A stretch of DNA of 29,434 nucleotides from Candidatus Krumholzibacteriota bacterium (GTDB taxonomy: Bacteria; Krumholzibacteriota; Krumholzibacteriia; LZORAL124-64-63). The position numbers and the translations under genes were made by a program. The stretch lies in the NCBI GenBank assembly GCA_039714075.1, contig JBDLKA010000038.1, forward strand, positions 1 to 29,434. Direction: 5' to 3'. Positions 8,730 to 16,796 of the stretch are shown here, one piece after another. The notes under the pieces are model-generated. The model did no database searches. It had not been told where the DNA came from and was given only the letters and a program-made list of their open reading frames with translations. How positions within the stretch are numbered: the first letter of the stretch is position 1; each line of letters opens with the position of its first letter.

Positions 8730-9989
8730 ATGTTTTACAGCAACAACAAAATGGACATTAAGTCGGCCCTGATCACCTTCCTGGTGGTCGGTTTGGCCCT
8801 GACGATTCCCTGCGGAGCGGGGGCCCAGGACGCGAACAACGGCGTACCTGGTGACTGGCTCTCGCGCTACGCCAGCCCGCGCGCTACCGGTTTGGGCGGC
8901 GCCATGGTCGCGGTCGGGGACGAACCCTCGGCTGCCCTGTGGAACCCCGCCGGCATTTCCTGGCTGCGCCAGAATGAGTTGCAGGTGGGCAGCGTCCGGC
9001 TGTTCGACGATACCTCGATCAACAGTCTGGGTTTCGCCAGGCCTTCGAGCCGGATGCCGAGCCTGGCCTTCAACCTGCTCAGCCTGAAGTCCGGTGAGTT
9101 CGAACGAACCAACGAGCTGAACGAGTCCCTGGGCACCTTCGATGAAGGGGACCTCGTAATGGCCCTGACCGTCGCCCAGGCTCTGACACCCCGGTGGTCG
9201 GTCGGCGCCAACCTCAAGCTGGCCAAGCAGACCGTCGAGGATTTCAGCGGCAGCGGCATGGGCTTCGACCTCGGTATCATGGGGCAGGTGACCGGTGGAT
9301 TGATGATCGGCGCATCCGCTCTCAATCTCGGCGGCCCCAAGATCACCCTGCGGGAAAAGGAAGAGTCCTACGCGAACGAATATCGCGGCGGCCTGGCCCT
9401 CACCATGCTCGAGGGCCGCAGCCTGACCTCGGTGGAGATGGTCCACCGCGACGGCCCGGGCACCCAGCCCAGGGTCGGTACCGAATTCTGGATCCAGTCC
9501 CTGGCCCTGCGTGTCGGGTACTACATCGAAGACATTGCCGCGGGTTTCAGTTACCGCTTCCGCAATGGGCTCCAGTTCGATTACGGCATGGCTGACCACG
9601 AGTTGGGTATGACCCATCGATTCGGACTTAACTACCGTTTCGGCGGATACTACGCGGATTCGAATGCCAATCCCGAGATCTTCTCCCCGACCGGCCAGAA
9701 CCCGGTGACCAAGTTCCTGCTGGCATCCCAGACCAAGGCCGACGCCAAGGACTGGCAGCTGACCATCTGGGACAAGTCCGGCCAGGTCGTCCGCAGCTAC
9801 GCGGGCCAGGGCAATCCGCCCGCCCACGTGATCTGGGACGGCAAGGGCGAGACCGGTATGCCGCTGCCGGACGGAAAATACCGCTACCAGCTGCGCGTGA
9901 CCGACCTCGATGGACGGATCATGGAAGGTCTGGAGCGCACAGTGGAAATCAGCACCGGCGGTCCCAGCGGATCGATCGGTGTCCAGTAG
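8730..9989 (+). CDS. PorV/PorQ-family (FadL-like) outer-membrane beta-barrel with a C-terminal FlgD-Ig-like domain, 419 aa
   Basis: GGAGG RBS and signal peptide. PorV-family hallmark SPRATGLGGAMVAVGDEPSAALWNPAG, plus SVGANLK, FDLG, NLG, LALRVGY and a terminal strand THRFGLNYRF. This is followed by IFSP...WQLTIWDKSGQVVRSY...WDGK...PDGKYRY. Confidence 0.82.
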   Translation: MFYSNNKMDIKSALITFLVVGLALTIPCGAGAQDANNGVPGDWLSRYASPRATGLGGAMVAVGDEPSAALWNPAGISWLRQNELQVGSVRLFDDTSINSLGFARPSSRMPSLAFNLLSLKSGEFERTNELNESLGTFDEGDLVMALTVAQALTPRWSVGANLKLAKQTVEDFSGSGMGFDLGIMGQVTGGLMIGASALNLGGPKITLREKEESYANEYRGGLALTMLEGRSLTSVEMVHRDGPGTQPRVGTEFWIQSLALRVGYYIEDIAAGFSYRFRNGLQFDYGMADHELGMTHRFGLNYRFGGYYADSNANPEIFSPTGQNPVTKFLLASQTKADAKDWQLTIWDKSGQVVRSYAGQGNPPAHVIWDGKGETGMPLPDGKYRYQLRVTDLDGRIMEGLERTVEISTGGPSGSIGVQ

Positions 9990-10024
9990 GCAACCCGGAT
10001 AAACCCGGGTAAGGAGACAAGAAG

Positions 10025-13000
10025 ATGTTGCGCATAGAGTTCAAATCCATCGTTTCTGTCTGGCTTGGAGCCATGGTGGCGGCTGTCCTGCTGTCGCCGG
10101 CTCCGGTCCGGGCCGAAACCGAGGAAGTGGAAGCGGAAGCGGAAGCGGAAGCGAAACCCGTGGCCACCCTGACCAGTCTGGGTCTGGAACTGGAGACGAT
10201 CCGCTTCGCGGCCTCGATGGGTGACCAGGCGGCAGCCGAGGCGCTGGCCCGCACCTATTCCGGCCTGGACGGTGATCTGATTCCCGAGGGGGCCGAGGCC
10301 GCGGCCGCCCTCCTCTGGGGCCGGATCAACCAGGAAAGAGGAACGTACGGGAAAGCTTCATCCGCCTATGCCGAAGCCGCAGACAAGGCCTCGGACCGGG
10401 GTTTGCGAGCCGCCGCCGAGTTCCTGGAAATCGCCTCCCGGGAGGCCGAGGGAAAGGATGAAGAGGCCGCGAAATCGTGGTTCAAGTGGATGGGTGAATA
10501 CCCGGACCACGCCCTGGCCCCCGACGCCCGCCTGCATCTGGCCTGGAACCGGTTGCGCAGGGGCGAGGTGTCAGCGGCCGCGGGCGACCTGATCAACCTC
10601 AGGGAAAACAACCCCTGGCTGGGCGAGGACCCGCGCCACTTCATCGGCCTGGCGACCTCGCACTACCTGTTGGGTGAATACGACCAGGCCCTGGCCATCG
10701 TCAGGGACCGGTCGCAGGATCCCGAGGCCATCTATCTCCGCGCCCTGATCCACCAGACCCAGGGCAACAACCTGAAGGCCGCCGCGGCCTTTCAGGAGGT
10801 TTCGGACCGCTTCGGGCACTCCCCGCTGCACGACATCGCACTGCTGGCCAAGGCGAACACCTTCCTGGCCAGCCAGGCCTACCGGAGCGCGGCCGAGGAA
10901 TTCGGCCGGGTTACGGAACGCGCCTCGGACCCGGCCGTGGTCGCCGAAGCGGGATTGCGTCGGGCCGCATCCGTCTTCATGTACGGCGACCTGCCGACCG
11001 CCGAAGTCCTGCTTCGGGAAGTCGTCGCCGCCAACACCGCTTCGGACGTCGGCGCCCGCGCCCAGTTCCTCCTCGGCGAGGTCATGGTCGCGGCGGACGA
11101 TTACGACGCGGCCATCCTGGAATACAACCGCGTCCTGACTTCCTATTTCGACCAGGGAGTGGCGGCCAGCGCCCAGTATCGTCTCGGACGCTGCTTCGAC
11201 GCCCTCGATCGACCCTTCGACGCGACCAGCGCCTACCAGGCCGTCGTCTCGGGCTACCCTCTGGAACCCGAAGCCCCCGCCGCTGCTTATCTGGCCGGCG
11301 CCGGGCTGTTGTCCATGGGCAAACCCCGGCTGGCCGTACCGTATTTCCAGCTGGTCCTGGACCGCTACGCCAGCAACGAGGACAGCGACGGCACGATCGT
11401 ATTCGCTTCCGCCGAGCACCAGGAACTGGCCGAGGCCTCCCTGTGCCTGCTGGAATGGTCCTATCACCAGACCAATGACCTGGGGCAGTTGACGGGCGCG
11501 CCGCACCTGATGCTCCAGAAGACCCCGCCCAGCCAGTCGACCTGGCGGGCCTATGCCCTCTTGATCGATGCCGACGCCCTGGCCGCCCAGGGTCAGCATC
11601 AGAAAGCCCGCGAAAGCCTGGAAAATCTTTTCCGGGAATTTCCCGAACACCCCTCCTCGCCGTCGGCCAAACAGCTGCTGGCCTGGACCTACGCCCAGCA
11701 GGGTGAGGAAGACCTGGCCATCCAAACCTCCGAGGACATGCTGGCCAGCGGGATGACCACGGGCGACCCCGAACAGCTGGCCGGCGCCTTCCTGAACGTG
11801 GCGCACGTCCGGTTCAATCAGGGCCGGTACGACGAGGCCGCGTCCGCCTACGAGGAATTCCTGACCCGTTATCCGTCCCACGAGCACCGGAATCTCGCTC
11901 TGTACCAGGCCGGGTTGAGCTACCTCCGCCTGGACCGTGCCGGAGATGCGGTCGATCGCTGGGAAACCATCGTCAGGACCGAACCCGATATCGAAATCGC
12001 CGAGAAAGCCTGGGCCAGGGCGGGCGACCTGTATTTCCAGGCCGATGAGTACGTCGAGGCCCAGCGCTGCTATCAGGGGTTGCTGGAAAACTTCGCCGGC
12101 AGTTCCGCCTCGGCCCTCGGCCTGCTGAGGATCGCGCAGTGTGATTACAACGCCGGTCGGGATGCCGAAGCCCTGGCCGGGTATTCCGAGCTGGTCGGCA
12201 CTTATCCCGACAGTCCCATGGCCCGGGAAGCGGAACGGGGCATCGAGATGGCCCTGTACCGTCTGGGCCAGAACGCCGAGGGCGTGGACCAGCTGGCGCA
12301 ACTGGTGGAGCTCTACCCCACCAGTTCCTTCGCCGCGGACGCCCAGTTCCAGATCGCCAAGAAGTTGTACGAGCAGGAACGCTATCTCGACGCCGCCGAC
12401 GAGTTCCGGCGCGTCGTCAGCCAGTTCCCCGGCTACTCGGCCGCGGACAGGGCCCAGTTCCTGATGGGCGACGCCTACGCCATGGCCGAGAACGACGACC
12501 AGGCCCAGCAGGCGTTCGAGCAGTTCCTGGTCTTCTTCGGTGAAAGCGGTCTGCGCACCACCGTCCGGTTCCGCCTGGGAATGAACTATTTCCAACAGGC
12601 CGAGTATTTCCGGGCGGCCACGAATTTCACGGACGTTCTCGAGAAGGATCCCGAGGGCGACATGGCCAAGGCGTCACTATACAACCTGGCCCTGTGCCGG
12701 CGGTTGATGGGCAGCCACGCCGAAGCCGCGGTTGAATTCGCGCGGTACCGGGAACGGTACGCGGGCGACGAACGGGCGGCCGAGGTGGCCTTCCAGCTGG
12801 GCGACATCCACGATCTCGCCGGCCGGACCGACGAAGCCGTCACGGAGCTGGAGAAGGCTCTTGCCGCCGGACCGGGCTCCGACCTCAAAACCGAGATCCA
12901 TTATCGGCTGGGCGCCTGCAAGGAAAAGCTCGCCGATCGGACCGGGGCCCTGGCGGCCTACGCGAAGGCCGCGGCCAGCAAACGGAAATCCGATCCCTTC

Positions 13001-13162
13001 AGGCTGTCGGCCATCGCGCGCAGCGCCGGTCTCTACGAAGAGGCCGAGCAATATCCCCAGGCCCTGGAAGCCTACCGGGATCTGATGGACAACTCCGAGG
13101 ATCCGGAACTTGTCGCCGCGGCGACCGGCCGGGCCTCGGAACTGGAAGCGGTAATCAAGTAG
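10025..13162 (+). CDS. Large exported tetratricopeptide-repeat protein (YbgF/BamD-like TPR units), 1045 aa
   Basis: AAGGAG RBS and signal peptide ending VRA. Tandem TPRs throughout, for example AQFLLGEV, AQYRLGRCF, ALYQAGLSY, AQFQIAKKLY and SLYNLALC, with many 'YP.S' linkers. Confidence 0.9.
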   Translation: MLRIEFKSIVSVWLGAMVAAVLLSPAPVRAETEEVEAEAEAEAKPVATLTSLGLELETIRFAASMGDQAAAEALARTYSGLDGDLIPEGAEAAAALLWGRINQERGTYGKASSAYAEAADKASDRGLRAAAEFLEIASREAEGKDEEAAKSWFKWMGEYPDHALAPDARLHLAWNRLRRGEVSAAAGDLINLRENNPWLGEDPRHFIGLATSHYLLGEYDQALAIVRDRSQDPEAIYLRALIHQTQGNNLKAAAAFQEVSDRFGHSPLHDIALLAKANTFLASQAYRSAAEEFGRVTERASDPAVVAEAGLRRAASVFMYGDLPTAEVLLREVVAANTASDVGARAQFLLGEVMVAADDYDAAILEYNRVLTSYFDQGVAASAQYRLGRCFDALDRPFDATSAYQAVVSGYPLEPEAPAAAYLAGAGLLSMGKPRLAVPYFQLVLDRYASNEDSDGTIVFASAEHQELAEASLCLLEWSYHQTNDLGQLTGAPHLMLQKTPPSQSTWRAYALLIDADALAAQGQHQKARESLENLFREFPEHPSSPSAKQLLAWTYAQQGEEDLAIQTSEDMLASGMTTGDPEQLAGAFLNVAHVRFNQGRYDEAASAYEEFLTRYPSHEHRNLALYQAGLSYLRLDRAGDAVDRWETIVRTEPDIEIAEKAWARAGDLYFQADEYVEAQRCYQGLLENFAGSSASALGLLRIAQCDYNAGRDAEALAGYSELVGTYPDSPMAREAERGIEMALYRLGQNAEGVDQLAQLVELYPTSSFAADAQFQIAKKLYEQERYLDAADEFRRVVSQFPGYSAADRAQFLMGDAYAMAENDDQAQQAFEQFLVFFGESGLRTTVRFRLGMNYFQQAEYFRAATNFTDVLEKDPEGDMAKASLYNLALCRRLMGSHAEAAVEFARYRERYAGDERAAEVAFQLGDIHDLAGRTDEAVTELEKALAAGPGSDLKTEIHYRLGACKEKLADRTGALAAYAKAAASKRKSDPFRLSAIARSAGLYEEAEQYPQALEAYRDLMDNSEDPELVAAATGRASELEAVIK
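10124..10153 (+). repeat. In-frame hexamer tandem repeat GAAGTG(GAAGCG)x4 encoding EVEAEAEAEA
   Basis: Read directly from the sequence, immediately after the TPR protein's signal peptide. Confidence 0.85.
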
Positions 13163-13199
13163 CGTCGAAACTTCGGGTCATTCATATAAGGAGTGCGAC

Positions 13200-13928
13200 A
13201 TGTTCGTCGAGTTCGATTGGATGGGAGCCATGACCGAGAGTCCCATATTGATGGTGCTTTTCGGCTGCAGTGTGATCACCTTCGGGATTGCTCTCGAGCG
13301 CCTGTATTATTTCCGCAAGCGCGCGGGTAATGCCGACCTGGTCCTGGTGGAGGCCCTCGAGGCCCTGCGCAAGGGCCAAGTCAGCGAAGCCATTGCCCAT
13401 TGCCGGAAAAGCAAGCATCCGGTCGGGACGGTTGCGGCCCAGACCATGGAATGCCAGCTGTCCCGCCCCGCGGACACGGAAGAGACCATGCAGGTGGCGC
13501 TCAGCCAGCAGAAGATGCTGCTCGAGCGCAGCACCGGAACCCTGGGCACCATGGCGGCGATCGCGCCGTTGATCGGGCTGCTCGGAACGGTCTGGGGCAT
13601 CATGCGGGCCTTCCATAGCATGGCCCTGACCGGTTCGGCCGCACCCTCGGTCGTGGCCGCCGGTGTGGCGGAAGCCCTGGTCACCACGGCCGCCGGCCTG
13701 GTCATCGCGGTTCCGGCCGTGCTTCTGTTCAACCATTTCACCCGCCGGGTGAACATCATGCTGACCGTTTCGGAAAACCATTCCCGCAGCCTGCGGATCG
13801 CACTGATCGAAGCCGTGGCGGCCGATTCCGGTCCTTCAGCCAAATCCGGCAGAAGGTCCTCGGGGATGGATTCCGAACTCCGCAAACAGGAACCGGTGTC
13901 CCGGGAACCGGTCGGCAGCCTGGTCTGA
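13200..13928 (+). CDS. exbB: MotA/TolQ/ExbB proton channel family protein
   Basis: Three TM segments with motifs LGTMAAIAPLIGLLGTVWGIMRAF and GVAEALVTTAAGLVIAVPA. AAGGAG RBS. Confidence 0.93.
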   Translation: MFVEFDWMGAMTESPILMVLFGCSVITFGIALERLYYFRKRAGNADLVLVEALEALRKGQVSEAIAHCRKSKHPVGTVAAQTMECQLSRPADTEETMQVALSQQKMLLERSTGTLGTMAAIAPLIGLLGTVWGIMRAFHSMALTGSAAPSVVAAGVAEALVTTAAGLVIAVPAVLLFNHFTRRVNIMLTVSENHSRSLRIALIEAVAADSGPSAKSGRRSSGMDSELRKQEPVSREPVGSLV

Positions 13929-13938
13929 AGGAGCACGC

Positions 13939-14349
13939 ATGCGTTGGAACCGTGAACAGGACAGCAACGATTCGATGTCGGACGTCAACATGACGCCGCT
14001 GATCGACGTGTCCCTGGTGCTGGTGGTCATTCTGCTGCTGGCCACGCCGCTGGCCTTCGAATCCAGTTTCGGGGTCAGAAAGACCTCGGACTCGGCCCGC
14101 AAGGCCAGCAACGTGGAAAAAGAAGCGAGGATCGAGCTGGCCATAGAATCCGACAGCTCGGTTCGGGTGAACCGGACCGCGGTCATGATCGATGACCTGG
14201 GCAAGACCCTGGTCCCCCTTCTCGCCGAGAGCACGTCCAGGGACGTTACCGTCACCTGCGGCGACGAGGTGGCCCACGGCACCTTCGTCCATGTGCTGGA
14301 CGTTACGAAACTGAGCGGGGCGAAGGAAATCGCCATCGCCGGGAGCTGA
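13939..14349 (+). CDS. exbD: ExbD/TolR family protein (copy 1)
   Basis: VNMTPLIDVSLVLVVI retains the conserved TM Asp. Periplasmic domain V.V..D......V.VLD..K.SG. Confidence 0.9.
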   Translation: MRWNREQDSNDSMSDVNMTPLIDVSLVLVVILLLATPLAFESSFGVRKTSDSARKASNVEKEARIELAIESDSSVRVNRTAVMIDDLGKTLVPLLAESTSRDVTVTCGDEVAHGTFVHVLDVTKLSGAKEIAIAGS

Positions 14350-14350
14350 T

Positions 14351-14779
14351 ATGCGCACACCCTTGGTAAACCGGACCCCGACGATGACCAAGATCAACGT
14401 CACGCCCATTATTGACGTGGCCCTGGTGCTGGTCATCATCCTGCTGATCACCGCGCCCATGCTCTCGGTCGCCGACCTCGAGGTCGAGCTGCCGAGCGCC
14501 CATTCGCGCGATGTCGAGGATCAGGGGTTCATCAGCATCACCCTGAGTCATTCCGGCGAGATCGCCGTGGATGAACAGGTACTGGCGGGTATCGGGCAGA
14601 TCCGGTCAGCGCTGCGGACGCGGATCGCGGAGCAGGAAAGCGATAAGGCCATGGTCGTCGTGCGCGCCGATTCCGGCCTGCCCCATTCCCTGATCCGCCA
14701 GGTCCTCGATGAAGCCCGCCGCGGCGGTGCGAAACAATTGGGCATCGCGACCCGCCAGAAGGGAGGCGGAAGCTCGTGA
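14351..14779 (+). CDS. exbD: ExbD/TolR family protein (copy 2)
   Basis: INVTPIIDVALVLVIILLITAPM, VELP and VVVRAD...VLDEARRGG. Confidence 0.92.
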   Translation: MRTPLVNRTPTMTKINVTPIIDVALVLVIILLITAPMLSVADLEVELPSAHSRDVEDQGFISITLSHSGEIAVDEQVLAGIGQIRSALRTRIAEQESDKAMVVVRADSGLPHSLIRQVLDEARRGGAKQLGIATRQKGGGSS

Positions 14780-15708
14780 GCACCATCACCCTCAACCATG
14801 AAATAACCGCCAGCAAGGAACGAATCCAGCGGACCCTGACGATCAGTCTCCTGGTTCATCTGGTTCTGTTCGCCCTGCTGATCCTGCGGAACGAAATCCT
14901 CCCGGAACCGGAGGGGATCGTGGAAATCGCCTGGCTGGATCCTGATCCGGCCCCCGCCCCTCCGGCCCCTGTTCCGGTCCAGGCGAAGCCCGTACCCGTA
15001 GCGGCGAAAACACCCGTGGCGCCCTCCCCGACGGAGGAGAAGTTCGAGCGCCGGCTGGAAAGAGCCGTCGTCGAGCCGACGCCCCAGGAACAGACCGCCA
15101 ACCGTGACCGGATCAAGGAAAGGGTCGCCGCCCTGTCCGCCACGACTTTGCCCAACAGCGCCCTGACTGCTGGCCCGCGATCGTCCAATTCGCTGTTGCA
15201 GGCCGCCCCGTCCGCGGTGCCGGACCCCGGTCCGAACACCCCCGCGGTCGATCTGAAGCGGCAGACGAGTTCCCGACCACAGCCCGCGCCCCTGAAACGG
15301 GGTCCTGTGACGACGAAGCGGTCTGCTCCCGCCCTGGCCACGGTCCCGCGGGAAAAGCCCACCGCCTCGGCGGCGGCCCCCAACATGGACGCGGTGGCCC
15401 GGCGCACCCTGGAAGGAGCCGAGCTGGCTGGTGAAATCGCCAACCGTCCGGTGGTCCGGCACACGATGCCGGCCTATCCGGAATGGGCCAAGAGCCAGGC
15501 GGTCGAGGCCACGGTGACTTTGTATTTCGTCGTTCTGCCGGACGGCCGGGTGAAGGAAAACATCCAGATCCAGAAGACCGCCGGTTTTTCCGATTTCGAC
15601 AACAGCGCCATCGAGGCTCTTGCCCAGTGGCGCTTCCAGGCCCTGTCCGGAGGGGCGTCCCAGGAGCAATGGGGCACCATCACCTTCCGGTTCCGGCTGC
15701 GAAACTAG
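14776..15708 (+). CDS. tonB: TonB family energy transducer
   Basis: N-terminal TM with SLLVH (S-x3-H motif), Pro/Ala-rich linker, and TonB C-terminal domain PAYPEWAK...VTLYFVVLPDGRV...FDNSAIEALAQWRF...ITFRF. GTGA overlap with the second exbD. Confidence 0.9.
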   Translation: MSTITLNHEITASKERIQRTLTISLLVHLVLFALLILRNEILPEPEGIVEIAWLDPDPAPAPPAPVPVQAKPVPVAAKTPVAPSPTEEKFERRLERAVVEPTPQEQTANRDRIKERVAALSATTLPNSALTAGPRSSNSLLQAAPSAVPDPGPNTPAVDLKRQTSSRPQPAPLKRGPVTTKRSAPALATVPREKPTASAAAPNMDAVARRTLEGAELAGEIANRPVVRHTMPAYPEWAKSQAVEATVTLYFVVLPDGRVKENIQIQKTAGFSDFDNSAIEALAQWRFQALSGGASQEQWGTITFRFRLRN

Positions 15709-15740
15709 TCCAACCCACCGAAGGGACCAGGAGTGGCATC

Positions 15741-16721
15741 ATGAAGACACGCGAGTTCACACCATATCAAGCCATCAGCCGTCCGGCGATTTGCCTGGCT
15801 GTGGCCCTGGCTTTGGCGGCCGGCCCCGGTCTGGCGAACGAAACGACGGCCCCGGAAGCTTCCGCCGATTCGAGCATGGCCCTTGAAGGCGGACAGGACG
15901 GAACGGTGTTCAAAAGCCTGACCATCGAGGGGGAAAACCGGGTCAAGATAACCTTCGAGCGGCCCAATCTGGCCCTCGATATCGACCCGTCGCTGGCTCC
16001 CGGCCTGGCCTTGGGGAATTCCATGGACGTGCTGAATCGCACGATTACCGATCTGGATACCCCGCTGCTGGAGACCTCTCCGCACTTCCGGTCTCCCCAC
16101 CAGGTCCGTCCCTGGCTGACCGCCTATGAAACCGGACCGGTGGCGACCTTCAAATTCGACCTGGAAAGCGTCCATCGCTGGACCCTGCTGGTAGTGGATT
16201 CCCGGGGCCAGGAAATCACCCAGTTCCAGGGAAAAAAGAACCCCCCGCGGGAGATTCCCTGGGACGGCCGCGGCCAGGACGGTTCGCCGGCCAAACCGGG
16301 CCTGACCTATTCCTATGTCCTGGAAGCCTTCGACAAGGCGGGCAACCGGCGGCGTTTCGTCGGTGAAGGATTCCAGTTGCAGGCCTATCGCAGGGACCAT
16401 GACGGGGGCCAGGAATTCATGATCTCCGGAGCCCAATGGAAAAAGGCCGCGGCGCAGACCCGTCCTGTTCCCTCGGCTTACCTTCTGGAAACCGCCAGTT
16501 GGATCAACCTGAAGACCGGCACCGGAGATCCGGTCCTGATCAGGGCAACCGCGGGAACCTATGCCGAGGCTCAGGCTCTGGGCGACGCGGTGGCCAAGGA
16601 ACTCAGACCCCTGATCCCGGGTGACGAAGTCCGGGTTGCGGTATCCGCCGTTGCCGAGCCGGGGGCGCCCGGTGAGGGCATCCTGCACATCCTGGCCGGA
16701 AGCCCGGCCGAAACGGAATAG
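15741..16721 (+). CDS. Exported hypothetical protein with a central FlgD-Ig-like domain and a possibly degenerate OmpA-like C-terminal domain, 326 aa
   Basis: Start moved to ATG 15741 (AGGAG RBS at 15729) and a signal peptide ending GLA. WTLLVVDSRGQ...PPREIPWDGR..DG...YSYVLEAFDKAGN resembles the C-domain of 8730-9989. The OmpA-like call rests only on the helix/strand pattern. Confidence 0.72.
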   Translation: MKTREFTPYQAISRPAICLAVALALAAGPGLANETTAPEASADSSMALEGGQDGTVFKSLTIEGENRVKITFERPNLALDIDPSLAPGLALGNSMDVLNRTITDLDTPLLETSPHFRSPHQVRPWLTAYETGPVATFKFDLESVHRWTLLVVDSRGQEITQFQGKKNPPREIPWDGRGQDGSPAKPGLTYSYVLEAFDKAGNRRRFVGEGFQLQAYRRDHDGGQEFMISGAQWKKAAAQTRPVPSAYLLETASWINLKTGTGDPVLIRATAGTYAEAQALGDAVAKELRPLIPGDEVRVAVSAVAEPGAPGEGILHILAGSPAETE

Positions 16722-16743
16722 TCCAAACCAACCTGATAGGAAT

Positions 16744-16774
16744 AAGGGCCCCGGGAAAACCCGGGGCCCTTCTT
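16744..16774. terminator. Intrinsic terminator between convergent genes, probably bidirectional
   Basis: Perfect 12-bp stem AAGGGCCCCGGG-aaaa-CCCGGGGCCCTT with T/A-rich flanks. Confidence 0.85.
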
Positions 16775-16796
16775 GTCATTTATCGTCAGTAACGGT

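Noticed and set aside
5733..9827. 1364-aa minus-strand ORF
   Set aside because: It is the antisense shadow of two well-supported plus-strand genes. High-GC codon bias suppresses stops, and it has no recognisable motifs.
9993..10010. Hairpin ACCCGG-N6-CCGGGT between the barrel and TPR genes as a terminator
   Set aside because: Only a 6-bp stem with no U-tract, directly ahead of the next RBS. At most an mRNA stability or translation element.
13200..15708. Reading as a standard Tol-Pal or iron-uptake Ton locus
   Set aside because: No tolB, pal or TonB-dependent receptor in the operon, and no Fur box noticed. Action on receptors encoded elsewhere cannot be excluded.
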